Positions 21,266-30,532 of a DNA stretch of 64,000 nt are shown in pieces. Under the pieces are notes generated by a model, which did not search any database, was not told the origin of the DNA, and worked only from the letters and a program-made list of their open reading frames with translations. Origin of the DNA: Leptospira sp. (lineage in GTDB: Bacteria > Spirochaetota > Leptospiria > Leptospirales > Leptospiraceae); the NCBI GenBank assembly GCA_034439575.1, contig JAWXAQ010000030.1, positions 32,001-96,000 of the forward strand, written 5' to 3'. The stretch's first letter is position 1. Every line of letters begins with the position of its first letter. Made by a program: the position numbers and the translations under genes.

Positions 21266-21425
21266 AAGCGAAATGAATTTGGATTCAAGTTAAAACCGAA
21301 GGTTGTCATTAGGGTCTTTACAATTTCCAAATAGGCAAGCGAAAACCTAATTTTTATATTGAGAATATTATTTTAATTTATAAAAACTGTAACTTTTTGA
21401 AAGCAATTTCGAAGGGAATACCAAG

Positions 21426-21863
21426 ATGCTTTTTCCATTTACCATATTTTTTATGCTAGTTTTTTCAAAGGGTATTTCCGCTGAACCGTTGATAATCACT
21501 TTAAACCAAACACCTTGTAAATTCAATGAGTTAGACAATCGAATTGGAAAAATTACAGCTGCTTCTTTTTCCGATTGTGAAAAATGGAATTCAGATTCGA
21601 TTACCAAAAATCTAGAAAAAATCAAGACACTAGAATTGAAAGAAGGTCAATATACCTTTCGAGTTTCAAATCATGGCATACCTTATGAAGTGGGCTTTTA
21701 TTTAAGGGGGGCAGGTATTGGAAGAATTTATTTGCCAAGCATAAGTGGTGGAGGTTTATTTGACGGTATAACAAAAGAGTATACAGTCTCTCTTAAAAAA
21801 GGAATCTACAAGATAAGTTGTCCTTTAAATCCCACGCCAGATTATGAATTGATAGTTAAATGA
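21426..21863 (+). CDS. Exported cupredoxin-like-fold protein
   Basis: Signal peptide; beta-rich sequence ending GIYKISCPLNPTPDY. Confidence 0.55.
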   Translation: MLFPFTIFFMLVFSKGISAEPLIITLNQTPCKFNELDNRIGKITAASFSDCEKWNSDSITKNLEKIKTLELKEGQYTFRVSNHGIPYEVGFYLRGAGIGRIYLPSISGGGLFDGITKEYTVSLKKGIYKISCPLNPTPDYELIVK

Positions 21864-22354
21864 ATATGCAAAATACAATCAACAATTTGATACAAAGCTT
21901 AATTGACGTTATTTGCAATATTCCAGACGAATTGTACAATAAAAACTTACCTTTGTTTAATGGGGGAACGCTTGGACAACATTGCCGCCACATTTATGAA
22001 TTTTGTGAAATTTTATATAATTACCAAGGCATAGAACCATTATCTTATGATGATCGCAAAAGAGATCTCGAATTGGAAAATTCGAAAGAAATTATGATTT
22101 TAAAATTGAAAGAAATTCAAAATCATTCACTAGATCAAAATATAAAATTTTCATTTCCTTTATTGCATAAAATTAATAAGGAAGAATCCATAAAAATACT
22201 AACAACTTTCGAGAGAGAATTATTATTTGTATTGGACCATACAATTCATCATATGGCAATCATTAGAATCGGAATTGAAAAAGAATTACCAAGGTTTGAG
22301 TTACCATATGATTTCGGATTTACTCCTTCCACTCTATTAGCGAAAAAGGTTTAA
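21860..22354 (+). CDS. DinB-family protein
   Basis: TLGQHCRHIYEF, YDDRKRD, RELLFVLDHTIHHMAII (His triad). Confidence 0.8.
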   Translation: MNMQNTINNLIQSLIDVICNIPDELYNKNLPLFNGGTLGQHCRHIYEFCEILYNYQGIEPLSYDDRKRDLELENSKEIMILKLKEIQNHSLDQNIKFSFPLLHKINKEESIKILTTFERELLFVLDHTIHHMAIIRIGIEKELPRFELPYDFGFTPSTLLAKKV

Positions 22355-23968
22355 ATGATAAAAGAATTTGTACTTATTACTTTAAGTACACTTATCTCTG
22401 AAGATTTAACATGTATTAGTGTTGGATTATTGATCCAGGCAGACCAAATTAGCGTTTCAAATGGAATCCTTTCTTGTACTCTAGGAATATTTCTTGGCGA
22501 CTATTTACTTTTTCTCACTGGAAAAGAATTGCATGGTATGTTACGAAAAAGAGAAAAATTCCAATTTTTATTTACTAACGATTTTTTTACTAAAACGGCC
22601 ATAAAGTTAGAGAAAAATTATATTAAAACCATATTTCTTTCCAGATTTATGCCAGGGACACGTCTTCCAATTTATACGTTTGCTGGGATGACTTCAAAAA
22701 CATCATTGCCTTTTATATTTACTAGTTTTGTAGCATCCGTTATATGGACACCAGCGATGATTTATTTGTCATTTTTATATGGTGAATCGTTTAAAAAATT
22801 TTATGATACCAATTTATTCTATATATCACTAATACTCACTGGAAGTTCTCTATTTTTTCTTTATCAAATCATACTCGCTGTCGTACAAAAGGAGAGAAGA
22901 CTTCGATTTATGTTCATTTTGGCAAAAATTACAAAGTTGGAATTTTGGCCTTCATGGCTTTTTTATATCCCACTTGTACCTTACGTGTGTTATCTGATTG
23001 TTAGATATGGAAAAATAAACATCATTACAGCTTCGAATCCAGGTATCCCTTTTGGTGGTATCGCTCTGGAGTCAAAGTATGATATTCTTAGTTCCCTAAA
23101 ATCTGATCACATAACAAAGACCTATAAAGTTCATACAAATCAAAAAAAGGATCTTGCCCAGGAGTTAAAATTAGCGCTGGAATATTGTGGCGGGAAATTT
23201 CCTATCATATTAAAGCCAGATATTGGGGAGAGAGGATCAGGTGTGCATCTTGTCCATAGTTTTGAAGATGCAAAACATATATTAGAAAATCATAATATCG
23301 ATTATTTAGTGCAAGAATACCACCCAGGCCCCTTTGAAGCAGGAATTTTCTATTATAGATATCCAGGGGAAAGTATGGGAATAATTTTTTCCATCACTGA
23401 TAAAATCTTTCCCTATATTCTCGGGGATGGAAAATCCAGCCTTAGCATATTAATCAAAAATCACGATAGATTTAAATTCCAAGAGGAAACGTTTCAAAAA
23501 CGATTTTCAGAAAAACTAGATTGGATTCCTGAAATCGGCCAAAAGGTATCCTTGGGATTTGCTGGAAATCATATACAAGGATGTCTCTTTCAGGATGGAA
23601 GTCAATTGATCACAAAAGAACTAGCATTAAAAATAGATGAAATTTCAAAAACCTTTGATGGGTTCTATTTTGGAAGGTATGACATACGTTACATGAACGA
23701 AGAGGATTTGAAAAATGGGAAAAATTTCAAAATCATTGAATTGAATGGGGCAATGAGTGAATCAACCAATTTATATGATCCAAAATTTTCCATTTTTCAA
23801 TCATATTCCATTTTATTCAAACAATGGAAAATCCTATTCGAAATAGGAGCCGCAAATTATAAAAATGGAGCTAGAGTTTATACCTTAAGTTCCTTTATTC
23901 AATTGATGAAACAATATTCTATTTACAAAAAAAATCTAGATCCCATAGCAAAGGAAATCATGCTTTAA
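22355..23968 (+). CDS. DedA/VTT membrane domain fused to an ATP-grasp (D-Ala-D-Ala ligase-like) domain
   Basis: N-terminal SEDL, GIFLGD, SRFMPGTR (DedA); C-terminal KPDIGERGSGV, QEY, GNH, GRYDIR, IELNG (ATP-grasp). Confidence 0.75.
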   Translation: MIKEFVLITLSTLISEDLTCISVGLLIQADQISVSNGILSCTLGIFLGDYLLFLTGKELHGMLRKREKFQFLFTNDFFTKTAIKLEKNYIKTIFLSRFMPGTRLPIYTFAGMTSKTSLPFIFTSFVASVIWTPAMIYLSFLYGESFKKFYDTNLFYISLILTGSSLFFLYQIILAVVQKERRLRFMFILAKITKLEFWPSWLFYIPLVPYVCYLIVRYGKINIITASNPGIPFGGIALESKYDILSSLKSDHITKTYKVHTNQKKDLAQELKLALEYCGGKFPIILKPDIGERGSGVHLVHSFEDAKHILENHNIDYLVQEYHPGPFEAGIFYYRYPGESMGIIFSITDKIFPYILGDGKSSLSILIKNHDRFKFQEETFQKRFSEKLDWIPEIGQKVSLGFAGNHIQGCLFQDGSQLITKELALKIDEISKTFDGFYFGRYDIRYMNEEDLKNGKNFKIIELNGAMSESTNLYDPKFSIFQSYSILFKQWKILFEIGAANYKNGARVYTLSSFIQLMKQYSIYKKNLDPIAKEIML

Positions 23969-24362
23969 AATATGTTTTGATATATGGTATTTTTTTTCTA
24001 TCATGAAAAAGAACATATAGTGAAAGTAAAAATACGAATACTGCCAATCCAAAAAGTAAACCTGAGTCATTCATAATCACTATACCCATTATAAATATAT
24101 GGGCGCTAATCGCACCAAACATAATTCCTAAACTAAATAGAGCACCTAGCCATGCTAAGGCTGGATAAATTAATAAAACAGAAGCGACCAATTCTAAAAT
24201 ACCACTAAGAATTCTGCCCCATGGCTCTACACCTAAACTAGAAAAAATAAAAACTGATTCCTCAGATGCTGTAAATTTAAAATACAATGTTTGGAGTAAT
24301 ATAAATGCTGCGATAAATCTACTAACATGATAAATAATTTGTTTCATATCTTTAGATCTCAA
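23958..24362 (-). CDS. DoxX-family membrane protein
   Basis: LQTLYFKFT, EPWGR..GILEL, GAISAH; 4 TM segments. Confidence 0.8.
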   Translation of the reverse strand: MRSKDMKQIIYHVSRFIAAFILLQTLYFKFTASEESVFIFSSLGVEPWGRILSGILELVASVLLIYPALAWLGALFSLGIMFGAISAHIFIMGIVIMNDSGLLFGLAVFVFLLSLYVLFHDRKKIPYIKTYFKA

Positions 24363-25192
24363 TGATTCAGAATGATGTCAACAACCAATTGAAATTTTGT
24401 CCAAGGAATAAAATGTCCTTCTTTATCTAATTCAATGATTTTGATTTTTGCAATTAGCGCTTGTTCCTTAATGTATTTCACATTTCCAATCGGAACTAAA
24501 AAATCACTTTTACCATGTAGAACAATCATTTCTTGGTTCAAAACTTTAAGTTTTGTTGATAAAGTTTTCAATTGTCCACGTAATGTTAACATTTCTTCAT
24601 TACTATTTTTTAAAAACATTGGTAGAATATAATTAAATATAGGTGAAGAAGCAAGTTCATTATACCACCTAACTTCCTCTAGTCCAGGATCAACAGGAGA
24701 AGAAATCAGAATCACCCTTTTTATATTTTTATTGATAGTGGCTATATCAATCACAATCGGACCGCCATACGAATGACCGACGAAAGTTATATTTTGATTC
24801 TGAATCCCCTTACTTTCAAAGAAATGATTTATAGTATGATTGATCATTTGAGATTGCAAAAAAATATCTGGGATGGGTCCTGTATTTTGAGAATTTCCAA
24901 ATCCAGGCCTATCCATCACGAGTAAGCAATATTTATTTTGTAATTCTTTGTGACGAAGGTATTTTTTGTAATCATTCCAGGAACCAGGAGACCCATGAAC
25001 AAATATTAGTATCTCGTTTTTATTTTCACTGCAAGAAGAGGATACGATAAATATAGAAGTATCTTTTCCATAATAACCCATTTCCTCATTCATTGAATCT
25101 AAATTCTTGTCACCTAATTTTGAATCAGCGAATTTATCACAATTCAAGATAAATAGTGAAAAAATTAAGATGATGAACTTAGATAAATTCAA
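24359..25192 (-). CDS. Alpha/beta hydrolase, probable lipoprotein
   Basis: Lipobox-like FILNC; HGSPG, DRPGFG, GHSYGG nucleophile, HGKSD, GHF. Confidence 0.85.
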   Translation of the reverse strand: MNLSKFIILIFSLFILNCDKFADSKLGDKNLDSMNEEMGYYGKDTSIFIVSSSCSENKNEILIFVHGSPGSWNDYKKYLRHKELQNKYCLLVMDRPGFGNSQNTGPIPDIFLQSQMINHTINHFFESKGIQNQNITFVGHSYGGPIVIDIATINKNIKRVILISSPVDPGLEEVRWYNELASSPIFNYILPMFLKNSNEEMLTLRGQLKTLSTKLKVLNQEMIVLHGKSDFLVPIGNVKYIKEQALIAKIKIIELDKEGHFIPWTKFQLVVDIILNH

Positions 25193-25195
25193 TTT

Positions 25196-26473
25196 TTAAA
25201 TGGCTAAGTACAAATCTCTAAATATCGAATTTGGTTTGATGGGATCAAGAGGATCCTGCAAGTTTATTCTAATGCCTTTCACCAAGTACATGTCGATCTC
25301 TCCTTTATTCTTCGCTGTGACTTTCCCCCTATACTCACATTCAAAGAAATCTTTGACCATTTCGTAAGTTTCTCTAGAAATATTCACTTCACCAACTAAA
25401 CCTGAACTTTCTAATCGACTTGCCGTATTCACGCTATCTCCCCAAATATCATATGCAAATTTATCAGTTCCCACAACACCGGCAATAGCAGGTCCTGTGT
25501 GAATCCCAAGTCTCAATTCCCAAACGGGTAAATTCTGCAATTGTCGCATCTCTTTATGATCCAACATAAATCTTTGAAATTCCAATCCACATAACACTGA
25601 GTCAATGGCATTTGTTTCATTCGCAATGGGTAGTCCACCAGCCGCCATATAAGCATCACCGATGGTTTTGATTTTTTCCATTTTATGGCTTTTGATGATC
25701 GAATCAAATCCTCGAAAATAAACGTCTAGTTCACCTAACAGTTCTTCCGGAGACATTGTTTCGGCAACTTTTGTAAATCCGGCCATATCAGTGAATAAAA
25801 TTGAAACTTTTTCAAATCTAACGGGTACAACTGAATTTGTTCTTTTCAATTCTTCTGCGACTGATTCAGGAAGTATATTTAACAATAGTGAATCGGATTT
25901 TTTTCGTTCAATATTCAAATTTCGAGATAGGATAAAAATCAAAATCCCTGTTAAAATCTGAACAAAGATATAATTTCCTCCAGCATCTAAATAACGATCC
26001 ATTTCACTTTGATAACTAACGATATATTCCTTATGGAAATATTCGATGGTGTAAAGGGAAGCTGTCACGGAGATATAAAAAAAATACAATAACCAAACAT
26101 GATGATTGCGAAGTAAAATCGTTGCAATTACAAGAGCTGGAATAAAATAATAATGATTTCCGCCGACAGAACCCCCATTATAAAACCACATCGCAGACAA
26201 ATATGTAAGTATGGTTAGGTTGAAAGGCCAGAATAAAATATAATAAATGCTTTTAATTCTTGAAATAAAATACATTCCGATCATAAGAAGACCGGAAGTG
26301 ATATTTAACAAAAAAATGATTTCAAAATTCTCTAAATAAAAAGCTCCTAGAGCCCCAAAAATATTGAGAACTCCATTAACCAAAGCGATGGTATTAAATA
26401 GTCGATGTTCTAATGAATTTTTTTTCGGATCACCAAATAGGAAATAAATTAAAGATAAAAGTTTCTCTTGCAT
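25196..26473 (-). CDS. Membrane-bound class III adenylate/guanylate cyclase
   Basis: About 6 TM then LLLNILP, LFTDMAGFT, KIKTIGDAYM, YDIWGDSVNTASRLES; the Lys/Asp pair suggests ATP specificity. Confidence 0.9.
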   Translation of the reverse strand: MQEKLLSLIYFLFGDPKKNSLEHRLFNTIALVNGVLNIFGALGAFYLENFEIIFLLNITSGLLMIGMYFISRIKSIYYILFWPFNLTILTYLSAMWFYNGGSVGGNHYYFIPALVIATILLRNHHVWLLYFFYISVTASLYTIEYFHKEYIVSYQSEMDRYLDAGGNYIFVQILTGILIFILSRNLNIERKKSDSLLLNILPESVAEELKRTNSVVPVRFEKVSILFTDMAGFTKVAETMSPEELLGELDVYFRGFDSIIKSHKMEKIKTIGDAYMAAGGLPIANETNAIDSVLCGLEFQRFMLDHKEMRQLQNLPVWELRLGIHTGPAIAGVVGTDKFAYDIWGDSVNTASRLESSGLVGEVNISRETYEMVKDFFECEYRGKVTAKNKGEIDMYLVKGIRINLQDPLDPIKPNSIFRDLYLAI

Positions 26474-26531
26474 GATTATATTAGTTTGACTAAAGTTTCA
26501 AACAAAGCAAACAACTTATTTTACTTAAGTT

Positions 26532-28562
26532 TTATTTTTTATCACCAAACAAATATCCCTTTATCCCCCCAAAAGTATCCTTTACAGTTCCGATCGTTTT
26601 ATCAACAGTATCCGATGCCGTTGAGCCAGCTATTCCACCTAACAAGGCACCTGCAGGTCCTCCAAATAATAAAGTCCCGGTGTAAACTGAGGCAAGCCAT
26701 ACAGGATCAATATAAGCTACGTTTTTCCCATAAATTCCTTTATATAAAATAGGCAACTTGACTGCTTTGCCGACAAATCCAGATAAGGCGACTGTGAATT
26801 TTAAATTCATTTTTCCTGAATTCCCATAAACACCTGATCCCGTAGCATTTAAACCAACACCTGTCATTTCAAATTGATTTAGATACACATCCTTATTTTT
26901 GACGGTTACATTACCTACTATGGATTCGAAACCAGTGCTCTCACCTTTGGGACCATTGTAGTTTAAAATTTTTCCAATTTCAGCAACTGGTTTTATAAAA
27001 TTCGCATAACCCAAAAGTTGTCCTTTAACTATTTTGAATTTTGAATGCAAAATTAAAGATCTACCTATAGATTGTGGATTGTTTACATTTAGATCCGTCG
27101 AGACATTACCATAAAGAGTTCCCTTAATCAATTTATCTCGCGTAACAAAGGAGAGTGCCTTTTCGGAATTTATACCTGAAAGATTAGAAACTATATGTAT
27201 CTTTTTAGTTATTAAATCAAAATGGCCATTATTTTTAACTTGGCCATCAAAAACACCAATGATGAAATCTTTCAATAATATCTTATCATCTTTAAGCTCT
27301 ATGGGACCACGTACATACGTTATATTTGTTTTATTATAAATCGTTTTTTTAAGATCTAAAGTTATTAAAATATCATTCTTTATTTTAATTTTTTTAGCAT
27401 TCTCAGTGTTTGGTACATTCTTTTCGGAACTTGAAGGATTATTTGCAAAATAAACCGAACGTTGCAATTCTACTTTTGATAGATTTTGAACAAGAGGCAT
27501 TAATTTATCTACATTCAACTTTTCTGAAGTGATATTTAATTCTATTATTCTATTGTCTTCTGATTGTTTTAAAAATCCCTTTAAACCAACGGATGTGTCC
27601 TCATTCGAAAGTAGATTGAAATTCTTAATTTCTAAGTGTGAATTTTTGATCGCATAATCGAGAAAGAAGGAAACTTCAAGTGCAGGCAATTCCATTTTAT
27701 TTTTTGTTTTGATGCCCTGGAGTTTTAAGGAATCAAGATGAATCGAAAGATTATCTTCATTTTCTTTTAGGATGTTTAAAGATAAATCCAGAGATGTATC
27801 TTTAAAATCAGAAAGATAAAATATGGATGTAAAATCTGCAACCTGCGAAGGCTTAAAATTCAAAAATGAAATATGCGATTTTGTACGCACGGAACTCAAA
27901 TCCCAATTATTATTTGTTAAATAAGAATCTGATTGTAAGGAAATTTCATTACCATCCAATGCCATTTCAAGAATAGTTTCTATAACAAGGTCACTTTTAG
28001 AAAATTTCAAATCCAATGTATCGATTTTGATATTATGATTGGTTTTGATTTGTTTATCCGAATATTCTAATGTTATATTTTTTATATTTATATTTTTTGG
28101 CAACAATTGGAATACCGCGAGCGGGCCTTCGTCCACCTTTTCTTTGCCTTCATCAATTTCATGTGCATCACTTTTGAAATTTTCAACAATTTCAAATTTA
28201 CCTTTTTCATCTTTGACGAGTGAAACATTTCCATTTTCGATATCGACTGAATGTATAGAGACACTGTCGTTAATAAGTGAGAAGATGGAAAATTTAATAA
28301 TGATTTCTTCTATTTGACAAATTTCCTTTTCGCCTTTTAGAATTTTCAGTCCTTTGATTTTCATTCCAGGTCTTGGAAATACGACAGATCCAATTTCTTC
28401 ATATTCCACATCGAGAAGAAAAAAAGTTTGAATTTTTTCTTTTACGTAATCTTTAACAAGCCTTTGGTCCAATACCTGTTTGATTCCTACAAAACAAATG
28501 GAAATGAATAATAGAAAGGCAATTGTGGATTTATAAATAATTTTGAATACTTTGCTCTTCAT
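26532..28562 (-). CDS. AsmA-like family protein
   Basis: Single N-terminal anchor followed by a long beta-rich repeat region and Gly-rich C-terminus. Confidence 0.6.
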   Translation of the reverse strand: MKSKVFKIIYKSTIAFLLFISICFVGIKQVLDQRLVKDYVKEKIQTFFLLDVEYEEIGSVVFPRPGMKIKGLKILKGEKEICQIEEIIIKFSIFSLINDSVSIHSVDIENGNVSLVKDEKGKFEIVENFKSDAHEIDEGKEKVDEGPLAVFQLLPKNINIKNITLEYSDKQIKTNHNIKIDTLDLKFSKSDLVIETILEMALDGNEISLQSDSYLTNNNWDLSSVRTKSHISFLNFKPSQVADFTSIFYLSDFKDTSLDLSLNILKENEDNLSIHLDSLKLQGIKTKNKMELPALEVSFFLDYAIKNSHLEIKNFNLLSNEDTSVGLKGFLKQSEDNRIIELNITSEKLNVDKLMPLVQNLSKVELQRSVYFANNPSSSEKNVPNTENAKKIKIKNDILITLDLKKTIYNKTNITYVRGPIELKDDKILLKDFIIGVFDGQVKNNGHFDLITKKIHIVSNLSGINSEKALSFVTRDKLIKGTLYGNVSTDLNVNNPQSIGRSLILHSKFKIVKGQLLGYANFIKPVAEIGKILNYNGPKGESTGFESIVGNVTVKNKDVYLNQFEMTGVGLNATGSGVYGNSGKMNLKFTVALSGFVGKAVKLPILYKGIYGKNVAYIDPVWLASVYTGTLLFGGPAGALLGGIAGSTASDTVDKTIGTVKDTFGGIKGYLFGDKK

Positions 28563-28601
28563 GATTTTATTGATTTTTATCAGTCTTCGAAAAAATTAAT
28601 T

Positions 28602-28997
28602 CTATAACTTAGATTGTTTTCTGACTAAGAAATAAAAATAAATTAATAAAATTCCATAAAACAAATCAAAAACGATAGGACCAAGGAGGAATATTCTCGC
28701 TTCACCTAAACTAAATAACAAAATCCAAGTGGAGGCTATAAACAATTTCACCAAACCGCCAATAAGTGCGAGAAGGCTATTTTCTATAGGTTTTAAACTT
28801 AAATAATAATATCCGATACCCAATACAAATATAGCAAACCAAAGATTGTAATGATAAAACTTAACAAGTGAATCTTCAAAGGTTCTGCCATAAAATAAAC
28901 TAGTATGAAGATCCAAGGCGATTAACGCTGATAATCCTGCCAATATATTTACAACAGCTGTGACTAAAAAAGCTCTTTTGAAAAAAATTAAATTCAT
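28602..28997 (-). CDS. Hypothetical 4-TM membrane protein
   Basis: 131-aa hydrophobic ORF downstream of the rhodanese gene. Confidence 0.6.
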   Translation of the reverse strand: MNLIFFKRAFLVTAVVNILAGLSALIALDLHTSLFYGRTFEDSLVKFYHYNLWFAIFVLGIGYYYLSLKPIENSLLALIGGLVKLFIASTWILLFSLGEARIFLLGPIVFDLFYGILLIYFYFLVRKQSKL

Positions 28998-29009
28998 ATT
29001 TAGTATAAA

Positions 29010-29615
29010 TTATTTATCCTGTGATTCGTCAACTTTCTCATTCTCTTTCTGTTTGATATTAGAATCACTGACTTCTGAGCCCTCGAAAGGAATTTTTGTC
29101 TTTTCTACATCTAACAAAGGCCCTAGTTCAAAAATTTCAGAATACCCATAGGCCCTTAATGAATTGTAAGTCGAAAGATTCAATGATGCGGCCGGTGCTT
29201 TAGCGGCAAACGCGGCCGGACTCCCATCAAAATTATTATTACAGTATATTAGAATTTTTGACTTTTTCGATGGAATCACTTTTGCTAAGTTAGTTTCTGT
29301 AAATTCCGTAAAGGGTAAATTGAGGGCTCCCGTAATGTGACGAAGGTTATATCTTGATTCTGACCTCGCGTCTAAAACAATTACACCAGACTCCTTCATC
29401 ATAAGAAGAAATTTATCTTCTGTAAGTCGATGAGATTCTCTTGTTTCTGCCGAGGTATCTACGATCCTTTGAAATTCTTTGTAATCAATCAATTGATTTT
29501 GAAATTTATCTTCTGTAACTTTTCTTTGATTCGGTTTTTTTTTCTTGGATTTCGCATCCACCAAACCAATACAAACAAGAAATATTAATATCCCAAATAA
29601 AGATTTAAATTTCAT
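29010..29615 (-). CDS. Exported rhodanese-like domain protein
   Basis: Signal peptide; [23 protein letters not shown]. Confidence 0.8.
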   Translation of the reverse strand: MKFKSLFGILIFLVCIGLVDAKSKKKKPNQRKVTEDKFQNQLIDYKEFQRIVDTSAETRESHRLTEDKFLLMMKESGVIVLDARSESRYNLRHITGALNLPFTEFTETNLAKVIPSKKSKILIYCNNNFDGSPAAFAAKAPAASLNLSTYNSLRAYGYSEIFELGPLLDVEKTKIPFEGSEVSDSNIKQKENEKVDESQDK

Positions 29616-29769
29616 ATCATCCTACCCATTGGCAAACCAATTGAACCAAATTTTGCTTATGCAAAATATGATAGGACCAAATTTTCATTTAGTAAAGCAA
29701 GATTTACGTAATCAAAAACAGGTTAATTTTGCACTTGCCGATAAAATGCATTCGGAATCCCTTCCATTT

Positions 29770-30279
29770 ATGGGACAACTTACAGCGACAATCAAAACAA
29801 ACAAGGGCGACATTCGCCTCACCTTATTTGCTGACAAAACACCAAACACTGTGGCAAATTTTGTGAACTTAGCGAATCGAAAATTTTATGATGGTTTGAA
29901 ATTTCATAGGGTCATCGCGGATTTTATGGTCCAAGGCGGATGTCCACTGGGAACTGGAACGGGTGGACCAGGTTATAAATTTCGAGATGAATTTTCGAGC
30001 GAACTCAAACACAATAAACCAGGCATTCTTTCCATGGCAAATGCCGGACCTGGAACAAATGGCAGTCAATTTTTTATCACACACGTCCCAACTCCATGGT
30101 TAGATGGGAAACATACTGTGTTTGGTGCGATCATTGATGAAACAGATCAAAAAGTTGTGGATGCGATCACTCAAGGTGACAAAATAGAATCCATAAGTTT
30201 TGATGGTGATACTGCTTCAGTATTATCGATCGCTCAAGCGAATGTGGATGAATGGAATCAAATTTTGGATAAAAAATAA
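29770..30279 (+). CDS. Cyclophilin-type peptidyl-prolyl cis-trans isomerase
   Basis: [41 protein letters not shown]. Real start is ATG 29770; the track's extension overlaps the rhodanese gene. Confidence 0.95.
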   Translation: MGQLTATIKTNKGDIRLTLFADKTPNTVANFVNLANRKFYDGLKFHRVIADFMVQGGCPLGTGTGGPGYKFRDEFSSELKHNKPGILSMANAGPGTNGSQFFITHVPTPWLDGKHTVFGAIIDETDQKVVDAITQGDKIESISFDGDTASVLSIAQANVDEWNQILDKK

Positions 30280-30343
30280 TTACTTAATTTTTAAATATTT
30301 CGTCTAACATTAGAGAATGGATTCATAATCATAGGAGTCTGTT

Positions 30344-30532
30344 ATGGCGAAAAAAGATAAAGAGTTCGAACAAAAAATAAAAATGGCTAAACAAGTTTCT
30401 CGTATACTTTTTAGCCACAAACCGACGAAAGTCAAACCTTCTGCAAAAATGTATTCCAGGAAAAAAAAAGAACTTCCTGGAATTTTTTTTATTTTACCGT
30501 TCCTAAATCTATATACGCACCATCATTCATAA
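30344..30532 (+). CDS. Small basic protein; candidate ArfA/BrfA-like alternative ribosome-rescue factor
   Basis: SD aggag at 30333-30337; 15 K/R in the first 42 aa; YSRKKK motif; hydrophobic tail; internal terminator before the stop codon. Confidence 0.6.
   Translation: MAKKDKEFEQKIKMAKQVSRILFSHKPTKVKPSAKMYSRKKKELPGIFFILPFLNLYTHHHS
30453..30490 (+). terminator. Intrinsic terminator lying inside the small ORF; may also serve the convergent VIT gene
   Basis: attccaggaa (30453-30462) / ttcctggaat (30474-30483), a 10-bp perfect stem, then a T8 run at 30483-30490. Confidence 0.75.

Noticed and set aside
29545-29769. N-terminal extension of the cyclophilin in the ORF track
   Set aside because: It overlaps the divergent rhodanese start and has no cyclophilin character; the domain begins at ATG 29770.
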